Positions 26,475 through 37,559 of a stretch of 41,291 nucleotides of DNA are shown here, piece by piece. A model generated the notes under the pieces. The model searched no databases. It was given only the letters and a program-made list of their open reading frames with translations, and had not been told where the DNA came from. Position numbers and translations under genes: made by a program. The stretch is from an uncultured Sulfurospirillum sp. (GTDB taxonomy: Bacteria; Campylobacterota; Campylobacteria; Campylobacterales; Sulfurospirillaceae). The stretch lies in assembly GCA_964493845.1 (NCBI GenBank), contig CAZBPU010000002.1, positions 1 to 41,291 of the forward strand. Reading direction: 5' to 3'. Position 1 is the first letter of the stretch. The number at the start of each line of letters is the position of its first letter.

Positions 26475-26914
26475 GAGAAGAGATGGGTAGTGTAGTAGAA
26501 ATATTTTCAGCTACTGTTGGTTCTAGTGGTCTTCCTAGACCTGTGGTAAAGAGTTTAGAGCTTATTGAAGGTTATGGTATAAAAGATGATAAGTTTGCAG
26601 ATGATGATTTAGATAAGAGCGTTATGATAGTAGGTCAAAACACTTATGATATAGCTAAGAAAAATGGTATAGATTTATTACCTGGAAGTTATGGCGAAAA
26701 TATTTTACTTAGTTTTGACCCGCATACCTTAGATATAGGAACAATATTAAAAATAGGAAATACTACTGTTGAGATTACTGAAAAATGTACTATTTGTGAT
26801 CATTTGAGTGTATTTAGTCCTAAGCTACCAAGGCTTATAAAAAAGCATCGTGGTATGTACTGTAAGATACTAAAGGGTGGTCAAATCACCACAGAATTAT
26901 TGGTAACAATTTAA
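26471..26914 (+). CDS. MOSC-domain protein
   Basis: GI..D, PGSYGENI, EITEKCTIC and RGMYCKI..GG.I motifs. Confidence 0.85.
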   Translation: MREEMGSVVEIFSATVGSSGLPRPVVKSLELIEGYGIKDDKFADDDLDKSVMIVGQNTYDIAKKNGIDLLPGSYGENILLSFDPHTLDIGTILKIGNTTVEITEKCTICDHLSVFSPKLPRLIKKHRGMYCKILKGGQITTELLVTI

Positions 26915-26998
26915 CTCCTCAATACAATTAATTTAATTTTTATTAAAATTTTATTTAATATTCAAGAGTAGAATTTCATTAAGAATAAAACAATAGGA

Positions 26999-27952
26999 TT
27001 GAATATGAATAATAAAATTGATATTTTAAAAAAAGAGATAGGTAAAATTATAGTTGGTCAAGAAGACTTAGTAGAGTCTTTATTGATAGGACTAATCTCA
27101 GGAGGGCATATCCTGGTAGAAGGTGTCCCAGGTCTTGCTAAAACTACAGCGATAAATGCATTATCAAAATCTATAGGATTAGATTTTAACAGAATCCAGT
27201 TTACTCCAGATTTGCTTCCAAGTGATGTTGTAGGAACAGAGGTTTACAATCAAAAAGATGGTACTTTTAGTGTAAGAAAAGGGCCAGTATTTACAAACTT
27301 GCTTTTAGCAGATGAGATAAATAGAGCTCCTGCAAAAGTACAATCTGCTCTTTTAGAAGTTATGCAAGAGAAACAGATAACGATTTCAGATACAACATTT
27401 AAATTAGATGAGCCATTTTTGGTAATGGCAACTGAAAACCCAGTAGAACAAGAAGGTACATATAGACTTCCTGAAGCTCAACTTGATAGATTTATGATGA
27501 AAGTTATGGTTGATTACAATACTCCAGAAGAAGAGTTTGAAATAGTGCAAAGAGTGGCTAAAAATGGTTTTGAAGAAGTTAATCAGGTTGCAACTATTGA
27601 AGATATAATGGCTTTAAAAGAAGAGTTGAAATTAATACATGTAGATGATGAAGTTCAAAGATACATGGTAAATATTGTATTTGCTACAAGAGACCCAAAA
27701 AAATATGGCATACCTGAACTTGAAGGTAAGATTGAGTTTGGAGCAAGTCCTAGAGCCTCAATAGATATGTATAAAGCAAGTAGAGCAATGGCACTTTTAA
27801 GAGGTAAAGACTTTGTTACACCATTAGATGTTGCAAAAGTTGTTACAAGTATACTAAGACACCGTATAGTGCTTAGTTATCAAGCAGAATCTAGTGGACT
27901 AAATAGCGATAAAATAGTAGAACAGATTATAAACTCAATAAAAATTCCTTAA
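26999..27952 (+). CDS. moxR: MoxR-family AAA+ ATPase
   Basis: GVPGLAKT, RIQFTPDLLPSD, LLADEINRA, LPEAQLDRF, GASPRA. The true start may be ATG 27005. Confidence 0.96.
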   Translation: MNMNNKIDILKKEIGKIIVGQEDLVESLLIGLISGGHILVEGVPGLAKTTAINALSKSIGLDFNRIQFTPDLLPSDVVGTEVYNQKDGTFSVRKGPVFTNLLLADEINRAPAKVQSALLEVMQEKQITISDTTFKLDEPFLVMATENPVEQEGTYRLPEAQLDRFMMKVMVDYNTPEEEFEIVQRVAKNGFEEVNQVATIEDIMALKEELKLIHVDDEVQRYMVNIVFATRDPKKYGIPELEGKIEFGASPRASIDMYKASRAMALLRGKDFVTPLDVAKVVTSILRHRIVLSYQAESSGLNSDKIVEQIINSIKIP

Positions 27953-27963
27953 AGGGATTTTTT

Positions 27964-28794
27964 ATGAAAGAAAAATTAAAAGAGATACTTTTAAAAGTAA
28001 AAAAAACTGTTTTTACAGGTAACTTAGGTAATACTTTAACTACTTTTAAAGGTACGGGATTAGATTTTAGTGAGATAAAAGATTATGTTGTTGGGGATGA
28101 TGTTAGATCCATAAATTGGAAATCAACAGCAAAAGGTATGGGTGTAAAAGTTAATCTCTTTAATGAAGAAAGAGAGCTAAATATCATCATAGCATACATG
28201 GTAAATGGCTCAATCTTTTTTGGAACAAAACGTATTAAACAAGAAGTCATGGCAGAAGTTATGGGCTTTTTAACATACTCTGCTTTAAAAAATAGTGATA
28301 GTTTAACAACACTGTTTTTTGATGAAAATCCAACAAAAATATATAAACCAACAAAAAATTTAGGTGTTTTAGAAGATACTTTAGCTTTTGCCTTGGAGTT
28401 AGATGTATTAGGTAAAAAAATAGACTATAAAAACTTTTGTGATTTTATCAATACAAATAAAAGAAAAAAATCTCTTATATTTTTGATAGGAGATTTTTAC
28501 GAGGATGTAGACCTCTCTTCAATAGCGTTCAAAAATGAAGTTTATGCACTTATGGTAAGAGATAGATTTGAAGAAGATCCCCATCTTTTAGGAGATATAT
28601 CTTTAGTTGATCCAGTAAGTATGAGAGAAGATAGTATGACTTTAGATAAAGCTAGTTTAAAAGAGTATAAAAACTTGATAATGCAACATGATGAAAAACT
28701 TTATGAACACTTTACACAAAATAGAATTAGATATGGAAAAATATATACGGATGATGACATTTTTCTTAAAATTTCTCAGATATTAAGAGGATAG
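27964..28794 (+). CDS. DUF58 protein
   Basis: G.DFSEIKDY..GDDVRSINWK.TA and F.EERE motifs, directly after moxR. Confidence 0.92.
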   Translation: MKEKLKEILLKVKKTVFTGNLGNTLTTFKGTGLDFSEIKDYVVGDDVRSINWKSTAKGMGVKVNLFNEERELNIIIAYMVNGSIFFGTKRIKQEVMAEVMGFLTYSALKNSDSLTTLFFDENPTKIYKPTKNLGVLEDTLAFALELDVLGKKIDYKNFCDFINTNKRKKSLIFLIGDFYEDVDLSSIAFKNEVYALMVRDRFEEDPHLLGDISLVDPVSMREDSMTLDKASLKEYKNLIMQHDEKLYEHFTQNRIRYGKIYTDDDIFLKISQILRG

Positions 28795-28800
28795 ATATAT

Positions 28801-29175
28801 ATGGAAAAATTAAAAGATATAAAAGATATTGTTGATGTTGTCGACTACTCTTTATACTATCTCCTAGGGAGTATACTTTTTTTTCTTGTATGCTTGGTAC
28901 TGTTATTGTACTACTTTAAAAAGCCAAAAAGAAGAAAAAAACCTACTTCTAGAGAGATAGCATTAAATCATCTTAAGAGCATTGATTATGAAGATGAGAA
29001 GAGTATGGCATATATATTTACTCTAAATATAGATGAATTTATAAACCAAGACAATCAAGGAAAAGTAGATAGTGTTTTAAATAGACTAGAAGAGTATAAA
29101 TATAGAAAAAATATTTCAAAAGCTAGTAGTAATTTAAAACAAAATATAAAAGAGATAATAAAGGAGATTAAGTAG
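28801..29175 (+). CDS. single-TM protein of bat operons (DUF4381-like)
   Basis: LKDI N-terminus, one TM followed by a basic stretch, typical operon slot. Confidence 0.65.
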   Translation: MEKLKDIKDIVDVVDYSLYYLLGSILFFLVCLVLLLYYFKKPKRRKKPTSREIALNHLKSIDYEDEKSMAYIFTLNIDEFINQDNQGKVDSVLNRLEEYKYRKNISKASSNLKQNIKEIIKEIK

Positions 29176-30071
29176 TGTTAAATCAAATAGTATTTGAATA
29201 TGCTTGGGCATTCACAATTTTAATTCCTTTTTTTATATGTCAGTTACTATGTAAGCCAAAAATGGATGCTATATTTTTTCCAACTATGCAATACATAAAA
29301 AAAGCTACAAAAAAGAGTATGTTTTTAGAAAAAATTATAAAAGTTATGATAATTGTACTTTTAGTAACTTCTATAGCAAGCCCTATTATAAAAGATGAGA
29401 TAAGTATACAAAATGATAAAGGGTATGAAATCTCACTAATCGTAGATGCAAGTGGTTCAATGGCACAAAATAGTAAATTTGATATTGTAAAAGATATAGT
29501 AAGTGATTTTTTAGATAAGAGAGTGCATGATAAAGTTGGATTGAGTATTTTTGCTGATTTTGCTTATGTAGCAGTTCCTTTAACATATGATAAAAAGAGT
29601 ATAAAAAGATTGCTTAAAAGGATTCAAGTAGGTGTTGCAGGGAGTAGAAGAACAGCACTTTATGAAGCTCTATTTTTGAGTTCAAATCTGTTTAAAGACT
29701 CTAAAGCAAAGAAAAAAATAGCTATTTTATTAACGGATGGCATGAATAATGTTGATAATATCCCGCTTGATGTAGCTATAAAAACTGTGCAGAAGTATGG
29801 TATAAAAGTTTATACTGTTGGTATCGGAAATGCAGGAGATTTTGATGCAAATGTGTTAAGAGAGATAGCTTCAAAGAGTGGTGGAAAGTTTTTTGCAGCA
29901 AATAGTAAAGAAAGGTTATCTAAGATATATGCGACTATAGATAAGCTAGAAAAAAGTGATATTAAGGCTGATAAATATGTAAAAAAGAGGTATCTATTTT
30001 TCTATCCACTTAGTGTAGCTCTATTTTTAATGATGATTCTATTTTTTAGAACAAAAAGGGAGTTATTATGA
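29175..30071 (+). CDS. batA: vWA-domain membrane protein BatA-like
   Basis: MIDAS DASGSM, LLTDG, YTVGIG, N- and C-terminal TMs. Confidence 0.85.
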   Translation: MLNQIVFEYAWAFTILIPFFICQLLCKPKMDAIFFPTMQYIKKATKKSMFLEKIIKVMIIVLLVTSIASPIIKDEISIQNDKGYEISLIVDASGSMAQNSKFDIVKDIVSDFLDKRVHDKVGLSIFADFAYVAVPLTYDKKSIKRLLKRIQVGVAGSRRTALYEALFLSSNLFKDSKAKKKIAILLTDGMNNVDNIPLDVAIKTVQKYGIKVYTVGIGNAGDFDANVLREIASKSGGKFFAANSKERLSKIYATIDKLEKSDIKADKYVKKRYLFFYPLSVALFLMMILFFRTKRELL

Positions 30072-31033
30072 TATCTTTTTTACATGTAGAATTACTTTGG
30101 ACTTTACTTTTTTTAATACCTATGATTTATGTATTGAGGTATTCAAAGAAAACAAGTAATGCCATTTTTTCACAAGAAGTATTAGATAGGATAAGAGTAA
30201 AAAATAGAGGTTTTAGTAGATTAGTAAGAGATATTATTTTTATAGCAGCAATATTTTTTGTAATTATAGCATTGGCACGTCCTTATATAGACAAAGAGGA
30301 TATAAAAGTAAAATCAAGTTTTATCAATGTTGTTGTTGGTTTTGATATATCTAACTCTATGTTTGTTGATGATATTTACCCAAATAGATTTGAATTAGCA
30401 AAAAAGAAGTTTGATATTTTTCTAAAAAATATGAAAAATGCAAGAGTTGGTATAGTAGGTTTTAGTTCACAATCTTTTTTAATAGCACCTCTTAGTGAAG
30501 ACTACCACTCATTAAACTTTCTAGTTAAAAATTTAAGTGTAGAGAGTATGAGTTTGAGAGGTACGAGTTTTATGAGTGCTCTTGAAGCTGCGAATGACCT
30601 TTATGATAGTGATGAAAAGAAAGCTTTTTTGATATTTACAGATGGTGGGGATAAAAGTGATTTTACTCCAGAGATAGAGTATGCAAAAAGCCATAATATA
30701 GTTGTATTTGTTTATGCAATAGGTAGTGATAAAGGTGGTGTAGTAAAAAGTAAAAATGGAGCATTAAAAGATAAAAATGGAAATATAGTAGTAGTAAAAA
30801 TAAATGAAAAAGTTAAAGAGTTAGCATTGAAAACAGGTGGTGCTTATATGCGTTCAGTTTTGTCTTCAAAAGATATTGCTCAGATAAGCAACTCAATCAA
30901 GTCAAAATTTAAAGCAAAATCGCAGAAGGAGACTCTTATAAAAGATAAAAAAGAGTTGTTTTATTATCCTCTTGCTTTAGCAATACTACTATTTTTTATG
31001 GCAAGTTTTTCTTTGAGAGGTAGAAAAAAATGA
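30068..31033 (+). CDS. batB: vWA-domain membrane protein BatB-like
   Basis: ALARP, DISNSM...D..PNR, PLSED and TDG motifs. Confidence 0.85.
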   Translation: MISFLHVELLWTLLFLIPMIYVLRYSKKTSNAIFSQEVLDRIRVKNRGFSRLVRDIIFIAAIFFVIIALARPYIDKEDIKVKSSFINVVVGFDISNSMFVDDIYPNRFELAKKKFDIFLKNMKNARVGIVGFSSQSFLIAPLSEDYHSLNFLVKNLSVESMSLRGTSFMSALEAANDLYDSDEKKAFLIFTDGGDKSDFTPEIEYAKSHNIVVFVYAIGSDKGGVVKSKNGALKDKNGNIVVVKINEKVKELALKTGGAYMRSVLSSKDIAQISNSIKSKFKAKSQKETLIKDKKELFYYPLALAILLFFMASFSLRGRKK

Positions 31034-31815
31034 GACAGTTAATAATTTTGATTTTTTGTACAATTTTTCTTCAAGCAGGCATCTTAGATTTTAATAAAAT
31101 AGATAATGCAAAGCAAGATTATAGAAATAAAGAGTATAAAAGCGCAATAAAATCATATAGTATGGTAAAAGATAAAAGTGGAGCTACTTATGATTTAGCA
31201 AATAGCTACTATAAAGATGGACAGTATGAAAAGGCTCTAAAAGAGTATAAACAGGTAAAAAATCCAGATTTAGAGTTTAAAAAACTACATAACATAGGTA
31301 ATACTTATGCTAAGTTGGGAAAAATTGATAAGGCTATAAAGAGTTATGAGGATGCGCTAAAGATTCAAAAAGATAGTGATACTAAATTTAATTTAGATTT
31401 ACTAAAGAAGAAAAAGAAGCAAAAGCAACAGAAGAAGAAACAAAAAAAGAAGAAAGAGCAAAAAAAGAATAAACAAAAAAAGAATAAAAGTGGAGATAAA
31501 AAACACAAACAGAAAAATGATAGTAAAAAACAGCAAAAAAATAAAAGTTCAAACAAAGATAAAAAAGATGAACAGCAAAAACAGAACAAAAGTGGTGTTG
31601 GAGATAGACAAAAAGCAAATCAAAATAGAGAGAAACAACTCAAAAAATCTAAAAAAAATAAAGATAGTACAAAACAAAAAATGAAAAAAATAGAACCAAT
31701 TAGTAACATGGAAGAGAGGAAATATAAAAAAATGTTAAATCAACGTGGTATTAACACTCTTATGTTGCCATTAAGTACGAAAGGAGATAGAAATAATGAA
31801 GAAAAACCTTGGTAA
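31030..31815 (+). CDS. batC: exported TPR protein BatC-like with Lys/Gln-rich linker
   Basis: TPR repeats (YDLANSYY, HNIGNTY), low-complexity K/Q segment, C-terminal KPW. Confidence 0.8.
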   Translation: MRQLIILIFCTIFLQAGILDFNKIDNAKQDYRNKEYKSAIKSYSMVKDKSGATYDLANSYYKDGQYEKALKEYKQVKNPDLEFKKLHNIGNTYAKLGKIDKAIKSYEDALKIQKDSDTKFNLDLLKKKKKQKQQKKKQKKKKEQKKNKQKKNKSGDKKHKQKNDSKKQQKNKSSNKDKKDEQQKQNKSGVGDRQKANQNREKQLKKSKKNKDSTKQKMKKIEPISNMEERKYKKMLNQRGINTLMLPLSTKGDRNNEEKPW

Positions 31816-33310
31816 GATACTATTTATAATACCACTACTATTTGTGAGACTTTTTGCAGTAGGGGTAGAAGCTGTCGTTGATAAACAAGCTATATATAAA
31901 GGTGATAGTGTAAGATATACTATAAATATAACGGGGGAAAACCCAGTATTTCCAAATATATCTAAAATAGCAGGTTATGATATACGTAGCAGGTCTTCAT
32001 CTAAAAGTATAAGTAATTTTAATGGAAATTCTAAAATAATAACTTCAAAAACATATGTTTTTTATCCGACAAGAAGTTTAAATATTCCATCTTTTAAGGT
32101 GAGTATTGATGGAAAAGAGTATAAAACAAATGAGATAGAAGTAAGAATAGTAGAGCCAACAGCTTCACAGCAAGGAGGAGATTTTTCTGTTGATATAAAA
32201 ATCGATAAAAGTGATGTTTATGTAGGAGAGCCAGTAAGAGTAGATGTAAATTTTAGATATAAAGTCAATGCAAAAGCTGATAAAATAATGATTACTCCAC
32301 TTAAAGTTAACAACTTTTGGATAAAAAAAGTAGATAAGCCAGTAGAATCAATTCAGCAGGATATTATAACTCAAACATATAGATACTTGATTTTTCCACA
32401 AAAACAGGGTGATTTTGAAATACCTTCAATAGAAGCAAATGTCGGCACAATAAAGGTTAACTCTGGAGGTAATTTTTTTAATGATCCTTTTTTTGATATT
32501 GTTGATAGAACAATGCAATGGAAGAAGCTTTTTTCCAATAAAATGTATGTACATGTAAAGCCATTACCTGACAATTTAGAAGTATATGGAGATTTTGATT
32601 TCAGAGCTACAGTTGATACAACTGAGATTAAAGCAAATAAACCAGTAAATTTAACACTAGAAGTATACGGTGAAGGGAATATAGATGATATTGAAAAATT
32701 CTCAATAGATATTGATGAGGTAGTAGTATATAGCGATGAACCAAAAATAGATTCGTCTTTAAATGGTGAAGTTTATGGTGGTAAGTTTACTCAAAAAATA
32801 GCGCTCATCGCAGATAGAGATTTTACAATTCCAGCTTTAAAGTTTAAATATTTTGATAAAAATAGCCATAAAATTGTTACAAAAACAACGAAACCTATAA
32901 GTATAAAAGTAAAAGGTGGTAAAAAAGTAAATACACAAATAAAACTAGATAAAGGTGATACAAAAATAGAAATAGCTCCAACTACAGAGGATAAACAGAT
33001 AGTTGTTGAAAATACCGATAAAGAGTTTTTGTATCTACTGATAGGATTTTTAGTGGGTGTATTGGTTTCCATTGGATATACAAAAGTATCATTTAGAAAA
33101 ACTGAAAAAAAAGATATGCCAATTATCAAAAAAATCAAAAAATCAAAAACTGATAGAGAGTTATTTGATATATTAATTGCTTATGGACAAACAGACCTAT
33201 TTATTCAGTCTAAATTAGAGATATTGGAAAATAATATATATGGAAAGTCTTCTGTACAAATAGATAAAAAAGAGATTATAGAGCACTTTTTAGAGCTAGA
33301 AGAGGGGTAG
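31796..33310 (+). CDS. batD: BatD-like protein
   Basis: Signal peptide, repeated beta domains (VYVGEP, V.PLP, G.GNI), C-terminal TM. Confidence 0.82.
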   Translation: MKKNLGKILFIIPLLFVRLFAVGVEAVVDKQAIYKGDSVRYTINITGENPVFPNISKIAGYDIRSRSSSKSISNFNGNSKIITSKTYVFYPTRSLNIPSFKVSIDGKEYKTNEIEVRIVEPTASQQGGDFSVDIKIDKSDVYVGEPVRVDVNFRYKVNAKADKIMITPLKVNNFWIKKVDKPVESIQQDIITQTYRYLIFPQKQGDFEIPSIEANVGTIKVNSGGNFFNDPFFDIVDRTMQWKKLFSNKMYVHVKPLPDNLEVYGDFDFRATVDTTEIKANKPVNLTLEVYGEGNIDDIEKFSIDIDEVVVYSDEPKIDSSLNGEVYGGKFTQKIALIADRDFTIPALKFKYFDKNSHKIVTKTTKPISIKVKGGKKVNTQIKLDKGDTKIEIAPTTEDKQIVVENTDKEFLYLLIGFLVGVLVSIGYTKVSFRKTEKKDMPIIKKIKKSKTDRELFDILIAYGQTDLFIQSKLEILENNIYGKSSVQIDKKEIIEHFLELEEG

Positions 33311-33325
33311 TATATCCCTCTTCTA
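33297..33325. terminator. hairpin between convergent batD and acyl-CoA synthetase genes
   Basis: TAGAAGAGGG...CCCTCTTCTA 10-bp stem spanning both gene ends. Confidence 0.6.
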
Positions 33326-35212
33326 TAGTAAGAATTTATCGATAATCTCTTTATATTTTTTCTCTATTATATGTCTTTTTTTCTTAAAGGTATTAGTTAG
33401 TTCTTCCCCAGACTTGAACTCATTTTCTAAAAAATGGATGTTTTGCAATTTTTCAAAAGGTTTAAAACCTTTATTTTTATTGAGCAAAGCATTCATGTCA
33501 CTTTTTATTTTACGTAGTATTTGTTGGTCTTCTAGGACATTTTCCATAGTATTAACTACTTTATCAAAATTTTCCTGCACATACTCTTTTAGTTTTTCAA
33601 AATCAGGGACAACTAGCATACCAAGACCTTTTTTATCTTGACCAACTAAGATGTTATCACTTATAAATGGTAACATTGATATAGCAGATTCTATACGACT
33701 TGGGTCTATATTTTCTCCACTTGCAAGAACTATTACCTCTTTTGAGCGTCCTGTTATGATAAGTTCATTTCTGATTGTAAACTTACCTAAATCTCCAGTT
33801 TTAAAATATCCATCTTTTGTGAAGGATTTACTATTTTCTGCTTCATTATTATAGTATCCTGGAGTTACTTGGTCACCTTTTAATATAATCTCTCCAACTT
33901 CCCCAACTTTGCAGTCTTTATCATATTCATTAAGTATTCTTAAGTCAGTTCCTTCAACAGGAAGTCCTAGAGTTGAAAAAGTATTGCAGTTTAATGCACG
34001 TCCTGCAATAGCTGGTGCACATTCTGTCATACCATAAGCATTTACAATACGAATTCCAATGGCATCAATCCACTCATCAAGAAAGTCAGGAAGAGTTCCA
34101 CCGCCACTTATAGCAAGTCTAAGTCTACCGCCAAATTTTTCTTGAACAAGTTTTAGCTTATTCTTTGCAAATTTATTTGGTAAGTATAAAAATAGTAGTT
34201 TTATATATGAAAATAGTTTTTTATATGTAGAGATAAATCCCTTTTTTTTAAAACGAGGAAGCTCATCTTTAATTACTCTAAGATTGTAGTTATATTTAGC
34301 AGAAATTGCTACAAGTTTTTTAAATATTTTTGCTTTTTTAGCATCTTTTTTTTCTAAAGCATTGTTTATTTTTGTATACATAGATTCCCAGAGTCTAGGA
34401 ACTGTTGCAACTAAAGTAGGTTTAAAATTTTCCAAATCAGTAGCAAAAGTTTTGATAGTGGAGTAAACCATGGTGCAACCATAAGAGATAATCAAATATT
34501 CACAAGTTCTTTCAAATATATGCCAAGATGGTAAAATTGAGACCCATAAATCATCATTTTGTAATCCTATGATAGATGGTAAAACTTTAATATTATGCAT
34601 AACATTTTTATGTGTTAGTATAACTCCTTTTGGTTTTCCAGTTGTTCCTGACGTGTATATAAGGGTAAAAATATCATCTTCATTTAAATTGTTTTTTAAG
34701 TTAGCAAACTCTGTTATCTCATTATCATATATTTTTCTATCAGTAAGTATATCATTGTAAGAGTAGATATTATCAAAAAGTGTATGGATTTTATCGGCTT
34801 CAATTATAAAAATAGATTTGAGTTTTAACTCTTTTATCATCTTTTCATGTTCGTGATATATATTCTCATTTTCTACTATTAAAAATATAGAATCGGAATC
34901 TTGCATTATAAATTTTAACTCTTCAGTAGGAGTATCACTTCCTCTAGGTATACTAATTGCTCCAATTGAAACTAGAGCCATATCAGTTACCATCCAAGCA
35001 TATCTGTTATCGCAAACAAACATTACTTTAGAGTCTTTTTTTATACCTTTATTTCTAAATGCTCGAGATAGTATAAGTACATCTTCAAAAAACTTCTCAT
35101 AAGTTATTTCAAAAGTTTCATTTGACACTCTATATATAAAGGCTATTTTGTTTTTATTTTTTTCATGCGTTGCTAAAAACATATGAAAAAGTGTATTGTT
35201 TTCAGTTCTCAT
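33323..35212 (-). CDS. long-chain fatty acid-CoA ligase (AMP-binding enzyme)
   Basis: IYTSGTTGKPKG, YGMTE, FKTGDLG and GRSKE..V..SGENI motifs. Confidence 0.9.
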   Translation of the reverse strand: MRTENNTLFHMFLATHEKNKNKIAFIYRVSNETFEITYEKFFEDVLILSRAFRNKGIKKDSKVMFVCDNRYAWMVTDMALVSIGAISIPRGSDTPTEELKFIMQDSDSIFLIVENENIYHEHEKMIKELKLKSIFIIEADKIHTLFDNIYSYNDILTDRKIYDNEITEFANLKNNLNEDDIFTLIYTSGTTGKPKGVILTHKNVMHNIKVLPSIIGLQNDDLWVSILPSWHIFERTCEYLIISYGCTMVYSTIKTFATDLENFKPTLVATVPRLWESMYTKINNALEKKDAKKAKIFKKLVAISAKYNYNLRVIKDELPRFKKKGFISTYKKLFSYIKLLFLYLPNKFAKNKLKLVQEKFGGRLRLAISGGGTLPDFLDEWIDAIGIRIVNAYGMTECAPAIAGRALNCNTFSTLGLPVEGTDLRILNEYDKDCKVGEVGEIILKGDQVTPGYYNNEAENSKSFTKDGYFKTGDLGKFTIRNELIITGRSKEVIVLASGENIDPSRIESAISMLPFISDNILVGQDKKGLGMLVVPDFEKLKEYVQENFDKVVNTMENVLEDQQILRKIKSDMNALLNKNKGFKPFEKLQNIHFLENEFKSGEELTNTFKKKRHIIEKKYKEIIDKFLL

Positions 35213-35217
35213 AAGGT

Positions 35218-35226
35218 ATTATAGCA
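35218..35226 (-). promoter_or_regulatory. extended -10 promoter directly before the ATG (probable leaderless transcript)
   Basis: TG-C-TATAAT-ACCTT-ATG on the minus strand, with no SD. Confidence 0.65.
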
Positions 35227-35239
35227 AAAATGCTTGAAG

Positions 35240-35266
35240 GTAGAGGTTAAGTTTTTTAACCTCTAC
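35240..35266 (-). terminator. hairpin after nifU
   Basis: GTAGAGGTTAA-N5-TTAACCTCTAC, an 11-bp perfect stem 14 nt after the nifU stop. The U-tract is weak. Confidence 0.65.
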
Positions 35267-35280
35267 ATGTAGATAAGTTT

Positions 35281-36273
35281 TTAGATAGGTAAAACTCTGA
35301 TTTTTGGAGAACACTCTTCTCTAAGTACAGACTCTATTGCAAAAAGAGTACCAGTTGAGCTACTAGCACATCCATTACAAGCACCAAGGTATCTGATATA
35401 TATATCAGTGTTTCCTTCATCTGTATCTTTGATATCTAGTATTTCAAGATTACCACCATCCATAACTAGCATAGGGCGTATATCTTTATCTATTACTGCT
35501 TCAACAGCTTTAAGTTTTTGAACCATTGTAAAGTCATCAAAAGATAGTTCTGATTCACTTCCAGCTATTTTAGCATCAGCTAAAGCACTCATTTTTTCTC
35601 TCTCCATCTCATCTCTTGTGTCTTTTAAAATATCAACCAAATAGTAATCTTTCTCTTCATGTCCACCTGGTCTTATGCATGATTTACAAAATGCACCAGC
35701 TTTAGTGTAGTTTGTTATCTCTTCAACCGTATGTAAGTCATTGATTTTTATAACTTCTTTTATTGTTCCAAGACTCACACGAGCACATTCACATACTATA
35801 ATCTCATCTTCAAAACTCTCGGCATCTACACCTTTATATGAAGCTGCAGCTGCTTTTATAACGTCATATGCCATAACAGAACAGTGCATCTTTTGAGGTG
35901 GAACTGCTGGAGTATCTGGGTTATCTCTCATTGCAAATTCAACATCAATATTTGTTATTTTTACTGCTTCATCTACAGTTTTCCCTTTACATAAATCTGC
36001 CATTGTATCTGAACTTGCTATTGCAGTTCCACAACCAAAGCTCTTAAACTTCGCATCTTTGATTATGTTTGTCTTTTCATCAACTGCCCAGTAAAGTCTA
36101 ACAGCATCTCCACAACTCTCCGCACCAAAGTCTGCTACTACAAGTTTAAGACCTTTCTCTTTTGCTTCATCTTCTGTAATTTCACCCATATTTTGTGGGT
36201 TATTCATCAAATCTTGTACCTTTTGGCTGTACTCTTCCCAAATTGAGCCGCCTATTAAATCATTTTTTGCCAT
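35281..36273 (-). CDS. nifU: Fe-S scaffold NifU (three-domain)
   Basis: IscU domain (SCGD, GCG, KMHCS), BFD-like CEC...CKSC, Nfu domain DGG...GACNGC. Confidence 0.95.
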   Translation of the reverse strand: MAKNDLIGGSIWEEYSQKVQDLMNNPQNMGEITEDEAKEKGLKLVVADFGAESCGDAVRLYWAVDEKTNIIKDAKFKSFGCGTAIASSDTMADLCKGKTVDEAVKITNIDVEFAMRDNPDTPAVPPQKMHCSVMAYDVIKAAAASYKGVDAESFEDEIIVCECARVSLGTIKEVIKINDLHTVEEITNYTKAGAFCKSCIRPGGHEEKDYYLVDILKDTRDEMEREKMSALADAKIAGSESELSFDDFTMVQKLKAVEAVIDKDIRPMLVMDGGNLEILDIKDTDEGNTDIYIRYLGACNGCASSSTGTLFAIESVLREECSPKIRVLPI

Positions 36274-36286
36274 AATATTATCCTAA

Positions 36287-37492
<1,206 letters not shown>

Positions 37493-37497
37493 TTAAT

Positions 37498-37516
37498 TAG
37501 GATACTTTTTATCCTA
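37498..37516. promoter_or_regulatory. palindrome TAGGATA-N5-TATCCTA upstream of nifS (candidate operator)
   Basis: Perfect 7-5-7 inverted repeat about 20 bp before the nifS ATG. Confidence 0.5.
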
Positions 37517-37559
37517 TTTCTTTTTTTGTATCTTATTATCTTTTTTATTAAAAAATACT

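Noticed and set aside
31365-31684. Phe/Cys-rich and alternative-frame ORFs
   Set aside because: Artefacts of the A-rich BatC linker, which lacks stop codons in other frames.
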